Positions 1-11,318 of a stretch of 64,000 nucleotides of DNA are shown one piece after another (the first letter of the stretch is position 1; each line of letters starts with the position of its first letter). Origin of the DNA: Selaginella moellendorffii (lineage: Eukaryota > Plantae > Lycopodiophyta); NCBI RefSeq assembly GCF_000143415.4, contig NW_003314291.1:232674-296673 (forward strand). Reading direction: 5' to 3'. Made by a program: the position numbers and the translations under genes. The notes under the pieces are model-generated. The model was not told the origin of the DNA. It did no database searches and saw nothing but the letters and a program-made list of their open reading frames with translations.

Positions 1-150
1 ACGTGTCTGCCCAGAACGGGTGAGCCAGGTGTTAGCCTGGCAAGTGCATTCTGGAGGGAATGAGCGAGCCCGTGCCCATGGAACGGCCTTAACAGGCTGT
101 GGCGAGACCGTTAACGAACACATGGAAGAATGTTATTCGAGGATGAGAGG

Positions 151-255
151 GTTCTCCAGAATTGGCAGCTGGTAGCCTGGTTCTCCAGAACCTGGCAGCT
201 GGCAGCTGGGTTCTGGAGAACCTGGCAGTTGTCAGCCACGTTCTTGTAGAGAACT
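151..255. repeat. ~30-bp tandem repeat (3.5 units), each with a GTTCT-NN-AGAAC palindrome
   Basis: Units start at about 151, 180, 210 and 240: gttctccagaattggcagctgg / gttctccagaacctggcagctgg / gttctggagaacctggcagttg / gttcttgtagagaac. Confidence 0.75.
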
Positions 256-1194
256 TGACTCGATCCAATGGCTGCCAACGGGTGGATCAAGTTAACGGGT
301 GAGCCATAGCCCGTTAAGGGCCAATATGAGATGGGGTAGTGAGGTTGCTATCTATAATAAAATTGTAATAAACCTTATGTGAAGGCTCTTAAAAACAAAT
401 AATTGCCCTTTTGTCCATATGAGTAAAAGTCATTTATATATTTTAAGTTAAATACTAATGCATAAGCATACCTCAACCATAGTGTAGAAAGCTAAAAGAT
501 AACACTTGAGGTGGTGGTTTTGTTACATTAGTTACCAATACAATAAATCTTTTAATATGTGAGTAATGCCAATAAAGATGCAACTCTCAACTCCACATGA
601 AACAATATTTTTGTTGGTGGAGTTCTATTAATTAGATGGACTAACATGTTGAGGGTTATTTTTTGTCATGTTATTGTGAGAATTGCAACAATGATCTCTT
701 ATATTCCCATGAAAATTATTTTGGTTAATGACAAGTTTTCAACTTTTGCTTTTTTTGCAAAAGTAGAAGTTCCTAAAGATAGTGATGCTAACTTGGAGGC
801 TTGAGGAACAACACAAGGTTTTACATGTGTCTTCGGTGATTATTTTGCAATTATTTTTGAAACAACTATGCAAACAAAGAGTTATTTTGACTTCTTTATA
901 CACTAAATAGTGTGAACAACATCTTGAAGGTGTAACAAATATTTAGGGGAATGATATTAAAGAAGGAGAATGGGTTGTTTGAGGCATTTGGTGTGAGTGA
1001 TTAAGATCAATGTTATGTGGTAATGGATGATTATGGATTTGTTTTCATTCAATTTGCACTTGTAGTTGGCACAACTCTACAAATAATTGCTATTTCGAAA
1101 GAAGTTTTTGATGAGCATTAAGTTTTGGAGCTGAACTTGAAACTTAGTGACATTTAAAGTGACAATAGTTTCATTTAATCATATTTATGTTGTA

Positions 1195-1198
<4 letters not shown>

Positions 1199-1236
<38 letters not shown>
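1199..1236. repeat. (TA)n microsatellite
   Basis: Direct reading. Confidence 0.95.
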
Positions 1237-1237
<1 letters not shown>

Positions 1238-2528
1238 CATTTACATCTACTCTATGTTTATAAGCTTGATTATCTTAGTCAACAATGTTGTGGTTGCTCT
1301 AAGAACAAAACTAACATTCTTCTCATGTTTAGCATGTGTGGTGTTACTTCTTTACTCTATAGTTATGGTTACACTAGAACTATAATTGACTTCTTTTTCA
1401 ATAACAATACCCCATATAAACTCTTTGGTTTGAGTAAGTTTTTGAAAACCTTTATATTGTGTGCCTTTGAATCCTTTAACTTAGGTTTTGCAATTTTCTT
1501 AGTTGAGATAAACATTTGGCTACCAACCAATCTTTACACCATAGAATTGTGTTTTAATATTTAACCACAACAAAAACACAATAACCTATATAATTGTAGA
1601 GAAATGAGAGCTTGCTGCCAAAACTCTATGCTTGGGGATGAAATAGAGCTTGTGGCCAATTCTCCTTAAAGAAGATGCACACGTATAATAAAGTAGAAAA
1701 GCGATAAAAAAGCTACATAACTGAATAAAATAAAGAAGATTATACAACCTAATACCTATTGTAAGTAAATGCTAATTTTAAAATATTGTAAAATTAAAGT
1801 TTCTTTTCAACTAAACTAACTATTATGTAGCTAGTTTAACAAAATTAGTCACTTTTTGCAACAAAAAAATAAGTACAACTATGAAAAAAATTCATACACT
1901 TTTGTTGGTTTTGGAGCTTGACTTATTATTTTTTTCTTTGGACTATAGTAAATTTGGCTTCTATATTCAGGTTTCTATATTCAAATGACACCATAAATAT
2001 TGACACATCTAACTTACTTGATTTCTTCCTAAGGTGCTTAACAATTGATGTGAAATCCCCATTATCATTTGGACATGTTTTTAGTACCACATTAATTTTA
2101 ACTTCAATTTCAACTACTATTGATGAGAAGCTCATTTTTTATAGAGTTTTTGGAATGCATAATTTGTTAGTGCTTGCACCATTAGAGTTCTGTTTCATAA
2201 CAATTAAATTATCAATAGATTTGTTAGGTACACAAATATTTGGACCTAAATAGAAAAATGATTAATACTTATAATTTGAAAAAAATTAAAAGCATGAATA
2301 CATACTTTTGCTTGCACTTTTTCATGGTTATTATTGTTGTAGCAAGCTCACTTTCTCAGCTGTGACATTCATTTCATTGTTGTACATGTTTAATAAGCTC
2401 CCATTTATAGTTGCAAAGTTGAACACAAGAAATAAATGTAAAAGAAATATAAAAAACCTCATGTATAACATACATTATATTATATATGTGTAATTTTGCC
2501 CATGATCAAGTTTTGTGGTACCAAGGGA

Positions 2529-2783
2529 TGTTAGGAATCTAGAGGCTTAGTGTGCTTGGCTGCTTGTGCCTATGGGGAGTGTAGCTAAACCTTAAGTCTA
2601 ATTTAACCCGGGGAGGGGGATTGGGAGAGATTTAGGAATCCGTGGATGGAGGGCTAATGCTTTGTTGCTCGTGTAGTGAGTAGTTGAAACCAAGTAGGAG
2701 TCGGTACCATAAACAGGAACCTTGGCGAGGGAATTTAGCTAAGTCCAAAGAAGTGTTGGTCGGATAGACAAGGTAAGCTAACA
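2529..2783. mobile_element. Possible solo/partial LTR
   Basis: GC-richer 255-bp block bounded by TGTTAG (2529) and CTAACA (2783); no target-site duplication seen. Confidence 0.35.
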
Positions 2784-2784
2784 A

Positions 2785-3947
2785 ATTGAAAAGGAAAAAT
2801 TTATGGCTTACATTCTGCTTCTTTGACCCTTTTACATCCGAAGTAGTCACCACAGACTTCAACTTGTGCTGCTTGTTCCCATCCTTGTGTCCATGGTGAT
2901 CATCATAATGATTCTCAACAGAAGGATTCTGTGAATGCTTGTGAGACTTGTGCTTATCATTGTCAAGTTGATGAGCTGCATCAAAGAGCTCCTTCAAACT
3001 CTTTGTAGGCTTAGAATGACACAAATATTGCCACATACTCTCACATAGCAAAGCGAACGGTGGCTCATAGGACAATGATTTGGAGTTGGATACAAAGTGA
3101 CAATCAATGTGTTGGTGGTGGAATGGCTTGATTTGAATCCTTCATTGGAATATGGCTAATCAAGCGAGTAAACTTCCTAATATAGTCCCCGAGCATCATT
3201 TTCCCTTGCTGGAAATGTTGAAGTTCTGTACAAACATTTTCCATGTTATAGTGAAGGGCAAAATATAAACAAAAAACAACCTCAAACTCATCTATGGTAA
3301 ACACTAGTGGTTCTCCTTAAGCTAATTCCACCACCGAAGACCCATATCATGTAAAACCATTAGAATAGCCACTAAAGCCTTTGCATCCGGAGTTCCCCTA
3401 GCAGCCAAGGATTTTTTCACATTGGCTAGCCAAATGAGACACTTGTCCACACCATTATCACCGGAAAAGGTTGGAATCTTGAATTGATCTACTAAGGAAG
3501 GCTTATTTAGAGAACTACCACATTCAGCCTCAAGTGCTTCAACACGCCCATGCATGGTATCCATCATGCCATGCATCTCATCTTGCATCTTTTGTTGATT
3601 TCGATTAAAGGCTTGTAGCTCATGAACCACATTTTGAATCTAAATCTCTGTAGCTCCGTTGGCACCATCATTAGCATCACCATCAACAATAGGATTCCAA
3701 TATTCAATTTGTTCAGCTATCGTAACCAACTCCTCTAATACCAATGTTATAATCCAATGCAAAAATACAGAGATCTAGTCACCCTAAACTACATTACACT
3801 TCTTCTTGACGTTCCTCACCACCCAACCACCCTTGAACTACCTCAAACACTCCATTACACCGCTGCTCCACTATGAGCCCTAGGGTAAATACCCTTGAGC
3901 CTACCTTTAACCAACATTGACAACTTGGTCAAAGTTGGCACTTAACA
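2785..3947 (-). mobile_element. Degenerate Ty3/gypsy-type LTR retrotransposon 5' part: LTR (~3947-3745), tRNA-Met PBS and disrupted gag
   Basis: Minus-strand LTR runs TGTTAA...ATAACA and is followed by TGGTATTAGAG (3743-3733, one mismatch to the tRNA-iMet PBS). Gag-like peptides FKIPTFSGDNG..WL, LRWWN, QQGKMMLGDYIRKF and KSLKELFDAA are split over ORFs 3322-3630, 3104-3304 and 2632-3075. Confidence 0.75.
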
Positions 3948-4106
3948 TCCCTCTTCAGCAAAAAAATTCCAGCTCAATTTCTTATGGAGCAAGCGCATGC
4001 ATTTACAGTGGCAAGAGTATTGATCGCCTGCTCTTCCATGGAGCATAGCTCTGCACACACAATAAGTGATGTCTGAAATAATCTTGAAAAGGTTTCAATT
4101 TCAATT

Positions 4107-5375
4107 TCATCTAGTATAAATGGTAACCGGAATGTTGGCCACACATGTTGCTAGCTCTTGGAGCTCACTATGGTGGGCCTCATTCCCAAACAAGACAATA
4201 CTTTGCAAAGCTAGGCAGGATTGCACAAACTTATCCAGCAAGACACGGAATTGTAATGGTTTGCCGCAGAATACGTCTAAACACACCTTCCTCAGCCTTG
4301 CAAGTTCTTGAATCTCACTTGGAAAACCCCTGCCGCATTGGCATCTGCTTCCAAAACAGCTGAGGATCAACTCCTGGCACTCCTTAAACTGTTCCAACAC
4401 AAACACCACCCATGCGACCTCATGAGGACAAGATCGTCGATAGAATGGTCTATTGCACTCCAACCTCATAGCTTTGAAATGCATCCTTTCCATAGCGGCA
4501 ACTGTCGTCTCCAGCGCACCCAATCTAGACCCAAGAGTTTCCAATGCGTTACATACAAGCTTAAGCACCCCGGGTACCTTCTCCGACTCCACAAATGTCT
4601 CACAGTAGCCAAGCGACAGCTTCTTCAGGCGCGGAGCTCTCATCTTGAGCCTCTCGCAGTCACCAATGCAAGCGGTCTCTAGATTGGGAAGGTCCAACTC
4701 GATCAGGCCGCCCTCACTGTCTGGCGTTTGAAGGCTCAACACTCTCAGGCTTGATGACGATAGGGAGCCACAGAAGCCCGACACGTTTGCTGATAGCTCT
4801 TCAAGCGCTGGGCATGCAGGCAGCAGCTCCGTCACGAGGTCTAGACCAAGCACATTGTCAAAGCTGCAACGCGCGAGAGCTGGAAATGTGAGGCTTAGCG
4901 GAGCCTTTCTGCGGTACATGAGCTCCTTGCCCATGGGCACAAAGCAAAGCCTGTAAAACCTCACGAACTTGAGCCTGGGACACGACTTGGAGACCAGCTC
5001 TAGATCAAAGCAGCTGTACAGCGTGTACTCCTCGTTCTCAATCGTGAGCTCCTCCAGAGTGGTTGCAATGCTTGTGATCCATGAGTAGTTCATGTGTAGA
5101 GAGGAATTGTATCTGTGAATGAGGAGCTTTCGGATGGATTGATGCACCAGCTTGAAACCCATGCCTCGTGGCTTGAGATTGATTGATACGAGACCAACCT
5201 CCTCCTTGGCAATTCTGTGCCACCTCTTGCTCACCAGAGGGTACATGATGTTGTGACGCGCGTCAGGAAACCTGGTATGGGGTACCTTGTCCAGGATGAG
5301 CGCAAGAACAGCGTCTGATAGGCTGTCAATGGTGGTGCCCTGATCGCCAGGAAGATCTGGACCTTGGACGTCCAT
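4107..5375 (-). CDS. F-box/LRR (RNI-like) protein, single exon, 422 aa
   Basis: N-terminal F-box-like IDSLSDAVLALILDKV...YPLVSKRW, followed by LxxL repeats (CPRLKFV, CPALEEL, LPNLET, APRLKKL). Confidence 0.85.
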   Translation of the reverse strand: MDVQGPDLPGDQGTTIDSLSDAVLALILDKVPHTRFPDARHNIMYPLVSKRWHRIAKEEVGLVSINLKPRGMGFKLVHQSIRKLLIHRYNSSLHMNYSWITSIATTLEELTIENEEYTLYSCFDLELVSKSCPRLKFVRFYRLCFVPMGKELMYRRKAPLSLTFPALARCSFDNVLGLDLVTELLPACPALEELSANVSGFCGSLSSSSLRVLSLQTPDSEGGLIELDLPNLETACIGDCERLKMRAPRLKKLSLGYCETFVESEKVPGVLKLVCNALETLGSRLGALETTVAAMERMHFKAMRLECNRPFYRRSCPHEVAWVVFVLEQFKECQELILSCFGSRCQCGRGFPSEIQELARLRKVCLDVFCGKPLQFRVLLDKFVQSCLALQSIVLFGNEAHHSELQELATCVANIPVTIYTR

Positions 5376-5542
5376 CCGGTTAGAATTTCCCTAGCCACGA
5401 TCCTTTATCCTTTATAGCGTCGCTAAATACACAGTTGTAACCTAAAGGAGGCAATAATAGCATAACTCATACTCGTAGAATATCCTTATTCTCCACGAAT
5501 AAAGAATATCCATATTTCAAGCATAGCTAGGGCTTTGCTGCG

Positions 5543-6789
5543 ATGTCTCTCGCTCAGCTGCCTCCTGCGCGGCTCTTCTCTCCTCCTCCATCGGCGCAGC
5601 AGCGCGAGAATCGCTGCGGCGTTCATCGAAATCTCCATCGCCGCGGGTGTGCGCCTGCGAAATTCGTAGCGGCGGCGGCGCAGGATCACAACGCGGAGCC
5701 GGATGAGTGGGATGTGAGCCGGAGCTGCGTGAATCCGGTGTTTAGAGGCCCCATTTTCCAGGTACGCCGCCTGCATTGTCTTGTTCTTGTGATGATCGAA
5801 GCTCTCAGGAGCCTAGCAAGGGCGAGCGGCTCTATGTTGTGTTTGCCAGCGAAGGGAATGTGTGCCGGTCTATACTTGCGGAGGCCATTTTCAACAAGCT
5901 CGCGCAAGAATCCGGCCTCTCGGACCTTGTGGAATGCAAATCAAAGGTTCTCTTTTCTCTTCTTCCTTTTCATAGTTTTCTTTTCCTCGTTCTCAAGCTT
6001 TGTGTTGGTGGTTTGTTCTTCGTTTTCATGGCCTTGTTTTTATAGGCTACAAAGGAGTACAATGTCGGTGAATCTCCCGAGCCTCAGGCTATCCAAGTCG
6101 CGGAGGAACGCGGGCTAAAGCTCCCGGATGGAGCAGTGTCTAAGATGTTTGAGAACCCCACAGACATCGTAGAGGCGGATTTGATCATTGTCATGGACAA
6201 GGTAAGACAGAACTTTGTTTTTTTCTTTGATTACTGGAGTAGGATGCAGGGCTGCGGCCGGATATTGGATTCGGCAGTTCAATGCGTCGGACTTGCTGAA
6301 GCAAATAGTTTTGCAAGAGGTTGTTGACAAGAGGACTTCTTACTCGCACAAAGTACGTCGGCTTGGAGACTTTTGTAAATCGCGACTGGTAACTACAGCT
6401 TGCATCTTTTGCTGCTTCTTACCTTCTGATTTGCATTGAATGACAGATAGAAGATATAGATGATCCTCTTTACGGCAATATGGGAGGCCCGGAAGAACTT
6501 GTGAGTTTTTCTGCCATTCGGGTGTCTCCTCCTAAGTTTTTTGTTCCTGCAGAACTTTGTAAGACAAGTGTATAATGATATTTTGGAGTCCTGCGAGGGA
6601 TTGGTACATTATCTGTTGCAAGTGAAACGAAATTTACAAGGTTTGCTACTTTACTACCGGAAATTTTTACTCACCAGATATAACACCCGAACAGGAACTC
6701 AAACTATGAAAGAGGGAGTGTCCAAGTTAGTCACTGAGCTAGGAACTATCGACTGGGTGGCACCACCTATGCTGCAACGCTCGTCATAA
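5543..6789 (+). CDS. Low-molecular-weight protein-tyrosine-phosphatase-like protein, probably plastid-targeted, ~7 exons
   Basis: Spliced product contains VVFASEGNVCRSILAEAIF, ADLIIVMDK, KVRRLGDF and IDDPLYG, all LMW-PTP fold hallmarks; basic/Pro/Ala-rich N-terminus; GT-AG introns (e.g. 5762-5808). Confidence 0.85.
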
Positions 6790-7111
6790 ACCCAGAACCT
6801 TGCAGATTTTGAGAAACGCGTCTTACTTCGCATCAGGAGAGCTTGTAACTTGTAAGTGAAGTGGTGTCAGTGCTTGCTACTAAGAGTTTTCTTTTTCCAG
6901 AACTGTGATACTGTAATCAAATACCTAGGAAGAGCATATGTTTTGCAAGTTAAAAAAAGGTTTGCTGCCCAGTGAGCTTTTGTTGACCACGATCTGTATT
7001 CAAGCAGGACTGAAAGAGCTAGGAACCAAGATTCTCTCGCAATATGCTTCCACTAGAGAGTTGGGATTTAGGAATTTAACCTTTTTTGTGCGCAAGGGTA
7101 GCAATTTGGCA

Positions 7112-8737
7112 ATGGAGGAGCCAATGTCGAATGTGATTTTCGATTTGGACGGGACATTGTTAGACACAGGTGGGTTTTCTTTGCTTTGCGTCGCTGCTCC
7201 GACACCATCGTCCTTGCCTTGCAGAGAGAATTGTGGACGAAGTGTGTGAGGAGTTTTTGGTAGCTAAATACGGCAAACAGTGGGATGGGAGGAACCCGGA
7301 GAAGCGGCTTGGCAAGAAGCCTCTTCAAGCTGCAGCCGCGATTGTGGAGGATTACGAGCTTCCTTGCACTCCGGAGCAGTTTTTGGCTGAAACCGTGGAT
7401 CTAGTACGTGGAAGGTAGTAAATCTTTTACAGCTTCCTTTTTTTCTGAGGTCGTTTACAGGTTCCGAAACGCTAAAGCGCTCCCAGGTGCTAATCGTCTT
7501 CTCAAACATTTAGTTGCGCACAAGATACCAATTGCGATCGGCTCGAACAGTTATCGGAGTTTTATTGCAGAAAAACTCGCTCCACATTCAGGTAACTCAA
7601 TCCGGGTAGAAGCGTTCGTTTACATATTACAATTTTTCTCAGGCTGGGCTGAAACTTTTCCGGTGATTGTGGCTGGGGATGAGGTCCAAGAACCCAAGCC
7701 TTCTCCACAAATGTAAGTGGCACATTTATTTATTTATTTTTCCTGGCTTTTGTAAGCAAAAAAATGTTCCCAGATTCTTGGAGGCCGCTAAACAACTCGA
7801 TGCCACTCCAAGCCGCTGCCTTGTCATCGAAGACTCTCCGTAAGTTCAAAACTTCCAAGTTAGTTCTTGGCATTTTGTGCTAACTATCCTATATTATAGA
7901 ACTGGTATCACAGCAGGCAAAGCAGCAGGAATGAAAGTAGTGGCTGTTCCGTCTCTGCCATCCAAGGCCTCACGTCATTTGTACGCATCTGCTGACCACA
8001 TTATTTCGTCCTTGCTGGATTTCAAACCAGAGCTATGGGGACTTCCTCCATTTCAAGACTGTAAGTCATCTCATCAAACTTTTCTCAGTCCTGATCGAAT
8101 GGATTCTCAACAGGGATAGCAAATGCGCTGCCAATAGAGCCCTGGTACATCTCTGGACCCGTGATCAGAGGCTTTGGTCGAGGCTCCAAAGTCCTCGGAA
8201 TTCCCACTGGTACGTAAAACTTCTTGCAAGGCGGTCTTGATCATTTGTTTACTTCCGTGCAGCGAATCTCCCGACTGGAGCATTCTCCAAGCAACTAGCA
8301 GAGCAAGTTTGCGGGATTTATCTAGGCTGGGCGAGGCTTTCGGACAAGGGAGTGTTTAAGATGGTGATGAGCGTCGGCTGGAATCCATATTTCGACAATG
8401 CAGAAAAAACAGTGGTAAGTGCAAGTTTTACGTTTGTTAGGAAAGAAGCTCAGTTGCTGCTACTACAGGAACCCTGGTTATTGCACGAATTTCCGGAAGA
8501 TTTCTATGGAGAGGAGCTCCGGCTCATTGTTGTTGGCTACATTCGTCCCGAGGTAAACAATCTTTATCCATGTCGTTTCAGAAACATCTGACGACAATGG
8601 TTGGATCTGTCCAGGCCAATTTCTCGTCGCTAGAGGATCTGATTAACAAGATCCACGAAGATGGACGTATTGCCAAGGCGGCTCTTGACGTGCCACCTTA
8701 TTCGGCTTTTAAGGAGGACAAATTCTTGCAACAGTAA
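7112..8737 (+). CDS. FHY: Bifunctional riboflavin kinase / FMN phosphatase (HAD + flavokinase), multi-exon
   Basis: HAD motif VIFDLDGTLLDT, KPSP, then GPVIRGFGRGSKVLGIPTAN, VMSVGWNPYFDN, EPWLLHEFPEDFYGEELRL and GYIRPE. Confidence 0.93.
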
Positions 8738-9183
8738 GTGTTAGTGTTCACGATCATCGAATCAAAATGGAAATAACAGTTCCTTTGGCGAACTTGGGCC
8801 AAAGGAAGAAGAAACCAAACACTCTTGGCATTTTCTCGCGTGTTTTTTATGCTCCTTAAGATCCACGCGTTTAAAGCTGTAGCAGAACAAGGATGTTTCA
8901 ACGAATCGCTGATAGAACCAAGCAATTCTGGAAAGAAAATCTAGAGCCGTCATTGTAGAGGTTTTGAGCTCACAAAAGCTCGAAATGTCAACGACAGTCA
9001 CTACATAGTCAATATTAGTCAAAACAAATCTTCAAAGACTATGTGGACTTTCATTGACTAACAGCTTCAAGGACCACTTAACGTAGAATCTACGGCAACT
9101 TCTCGCGGGCACAGGTGTTCTTATGTTTCCATGTGAGTATCATGGAAAATGCGTCTCAATTTCTCAAAGATGAATACTACAAG

Positions 9184-9380
9184 ATGGTTTTCGCTGCTTC
9201 TCTTTTCCTTGGCGTCACTGGTAGTCTGAGGACGAGGTTGCAGTTCTTTTGCAGTTTCAATCCAATCTGGAGAGTAACACGACCTGGATCTTAAACGACT
9301 GGAAGCAGCAAAGTACCAATCCATGCGTCTGGATTGGAGTGGTTAGAGGACTCAATCTCTCCGGCATGAGCTTGCGTGAA
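9184..9380 (+). pseudogene. LRR receptor N-terminal (LRRNT_2) fragment
   Basis: EDEVAVLLQFQSNL...LNDW...NPCVWIGV-VRGLNLSGMSL; signal peptide out of frame, second cap Cys lost, no downstream LRRs. Confidence 0.7.
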
Positions 9381-10563
9381 CAGGAAAATATATATATAAG
9401 CTTCTTAAACAGTGTCTCGCTTTATATTTTGTAGAAAACGTTGACATCACTGATGTCGACAAGACGAGGAGCAAGGAGCCCCAGTGTCAAGCTCGTGAGG
9501 AAAGTCACTAGATGGACCAAACGTCCAGCGCCGAAATCGACGAGAATTCATCAGAGAAAGATCCAAAAAGATTGGATGCCCCTGACTTGACTACAAAGAA
9601 ACACTGCCACTGGCATACCAGCTGATGCAATCGAGTACTCCTCTTGGAAGCTTTTCTCTATCCTTTATTCGTTTAGCAGGAGCTAGCAATCGAATGAATG
9701 GCTCTTCTATCTTTCAAGGATTTTTCTGGGATCAAGCAAGATCTTAGAGAGAATGCAGGGATTTTGATCATGTTGGGATCGCCGCATTAAGAGAACAGGA
9801 GCTACGAAGGACTGCTGGCAGCGAACTCAGTGAGAAAGAACATGGAAAATTTCCACAGTAATGTCTAGCGGACCTTCACACAAAATACCAAATCGAATCT
9901 TTATCTAGTGAGCTTGGATCGGGAATGGCTTCAACACCAAACTTCCAGCTTCAGATGGCGGCGCCGCCACTAAGCTTTATAACCATCCAGCTTAGGCCCT
10001 ACAATAAACTCGTCAGCATACTTGTGAAAGAGGCGCTCGAGATTCTCCATTGTTATACCACTGGCAAGCAGTGTTTACCGAAGACGCCTTCATTGACATA
10101 TAAACCCTATGATCTCTTTTTACTGCGTTTAATCTCACGGGCTTTGCGCTCCATCGCGAGTCTAAGAATTAAGTTGAGCGTGGCCGACTCCGTGCTCCAA
10201 AACTCGTTTTGTCTCTTCGGCAAACATTGTCATATTTTATTATTATTTAACCTTGTAACTTCAGGAAAATACGATCCTTCCGCTATAAAGACATCCTTTG
10301 ACATCGAGAATTCACAAGAAACCAACCATCCGCCACTCCAATGTCAGCCCTCACGCATTCGACTTGTACCTCTCCAGGCGTGGGTGCTCGCCTACGATCG
10401 CATCCTTTCCTTCTGAATCAAAGCTTGTTCCTGTGAAAAAGGAGAATTGGTAGCTGCTTAATCCAGTGCTGCATCCTGCTGTTCATGACAAGAGCTCTTT
10501 GAATGCAACCTTACAAACACGTCATGAAGTCAAAAGCTAGAACTTATCAGCTTATCAGGGTTC

Positions 10564-10598
10564 CTAAGCGAGCGCTCTACCATCTGGGCTACATCCCA
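10564..10598 (-). tRNA. 5' half (nt 1-35) of tRNA-Ala(AGC), degenerate
   Basis: Minus strand reads TGGGATGTAGCCCAGATGGTAGAGCGCTCGCTTAG, matching the plant cytosolic tRNA-Ala 5' half up to the middle of the anticodon. Confidence 0.88.
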
Positions 10599-10776
10599 AA
10601 ATTTGCAAGCTTCTGCTTTATGTTCTGTTAACTAGGAAATTTCTTGACGATGAGCATGTGGAAACTCTGGACAGACCTAGCTCTATACTACTCTCGGCTT
10701 CTAGAAGGCAAGACCTTCTAGTTTGGAATATCATATGTTTTAAGCAATATTGGAGATGATGATTGATTTTATTCCT

Positions 10777-11169
10777 TCAAAGTTCTACTACATTTTCTAC
10801 ATAGGGAAACGTTTTCTTCTCGTCCTTGTCTTCTCTCTTGTTATGCTTCTCTTGATTGTCTCTCTGTTCCTTGTGTTTTTCTTCTCTCTGGTCATCCTTA
10901 TGAATGTCATCCTTTAAATCGGCACGATCACACTTATTCTTGAAGTTGATGTGGATGTTGATATTGTTGTTGTTGTTGTTCATGTGCTTGCGCACACCTT
11001 GCCCAATAGCATCACTGTCTTCCACAGAGTGCAAAAGAAATTTGGGAACTGATTGAGCTTGATGTGAATCTTGCTGTTCATGAACTTCGACAGAGAAGAA
11101 CTCCCTCTTTGAAGAAGACAATGCAACCTTCACAAACACAAGCACAAGAAACACTAGAGCAGCCTTCAT
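10777..11169 (-). CDS. Small putative secreted protein (~130 aa) with an Asn run and charged DxREEKHK-type repeats
   Basis: ATG at 11169 (the ORF-track start at 11184 is non-ATG); signal-peptide-like MKAALVFLVLVFVKVALS; open frame; no recognisable family. Confidence 0.6.
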   Translation of the reverse strand: MKAALVFLVLVFVKVALSSSKREFFSVEVHEQQDSHQAQSVPKFLLHSVEDSDAIGQGVRKHMNNNNNNINIHINFKNKCDRADLKDDIHKDDQREEKHKEQRDNQEKHNKREDKDEKKTFPYVENVVEL

Positions 11170-11318
11170 GGTGAGAAGAGACAACCTTCAAACAAGTATT
11201 TGCTTGCTTGGTGAAGCAGGTTTATGGTCTAGCATGCATTTCATACATTGCCAAGTGTGTCTTCATGCAATTACATCTTTTGCTATACAAGATTTGCAAA
11301 AGCTAGAAAAATAAGAAA

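Noticed and set aside
151-255. CRISPR-like array
   Set aside because: Eukaryotic context, no unique spacers, no cas genes
330-2500. AT-rich ORFs and possible transposase remains
   Set aside because: No identifiable motifs; probably heavily decayed repeats
9925-10416. 163-aa plus-strand ORF
   Set aside because: No recognisable domain or compositional signal; lies among decayed fragments
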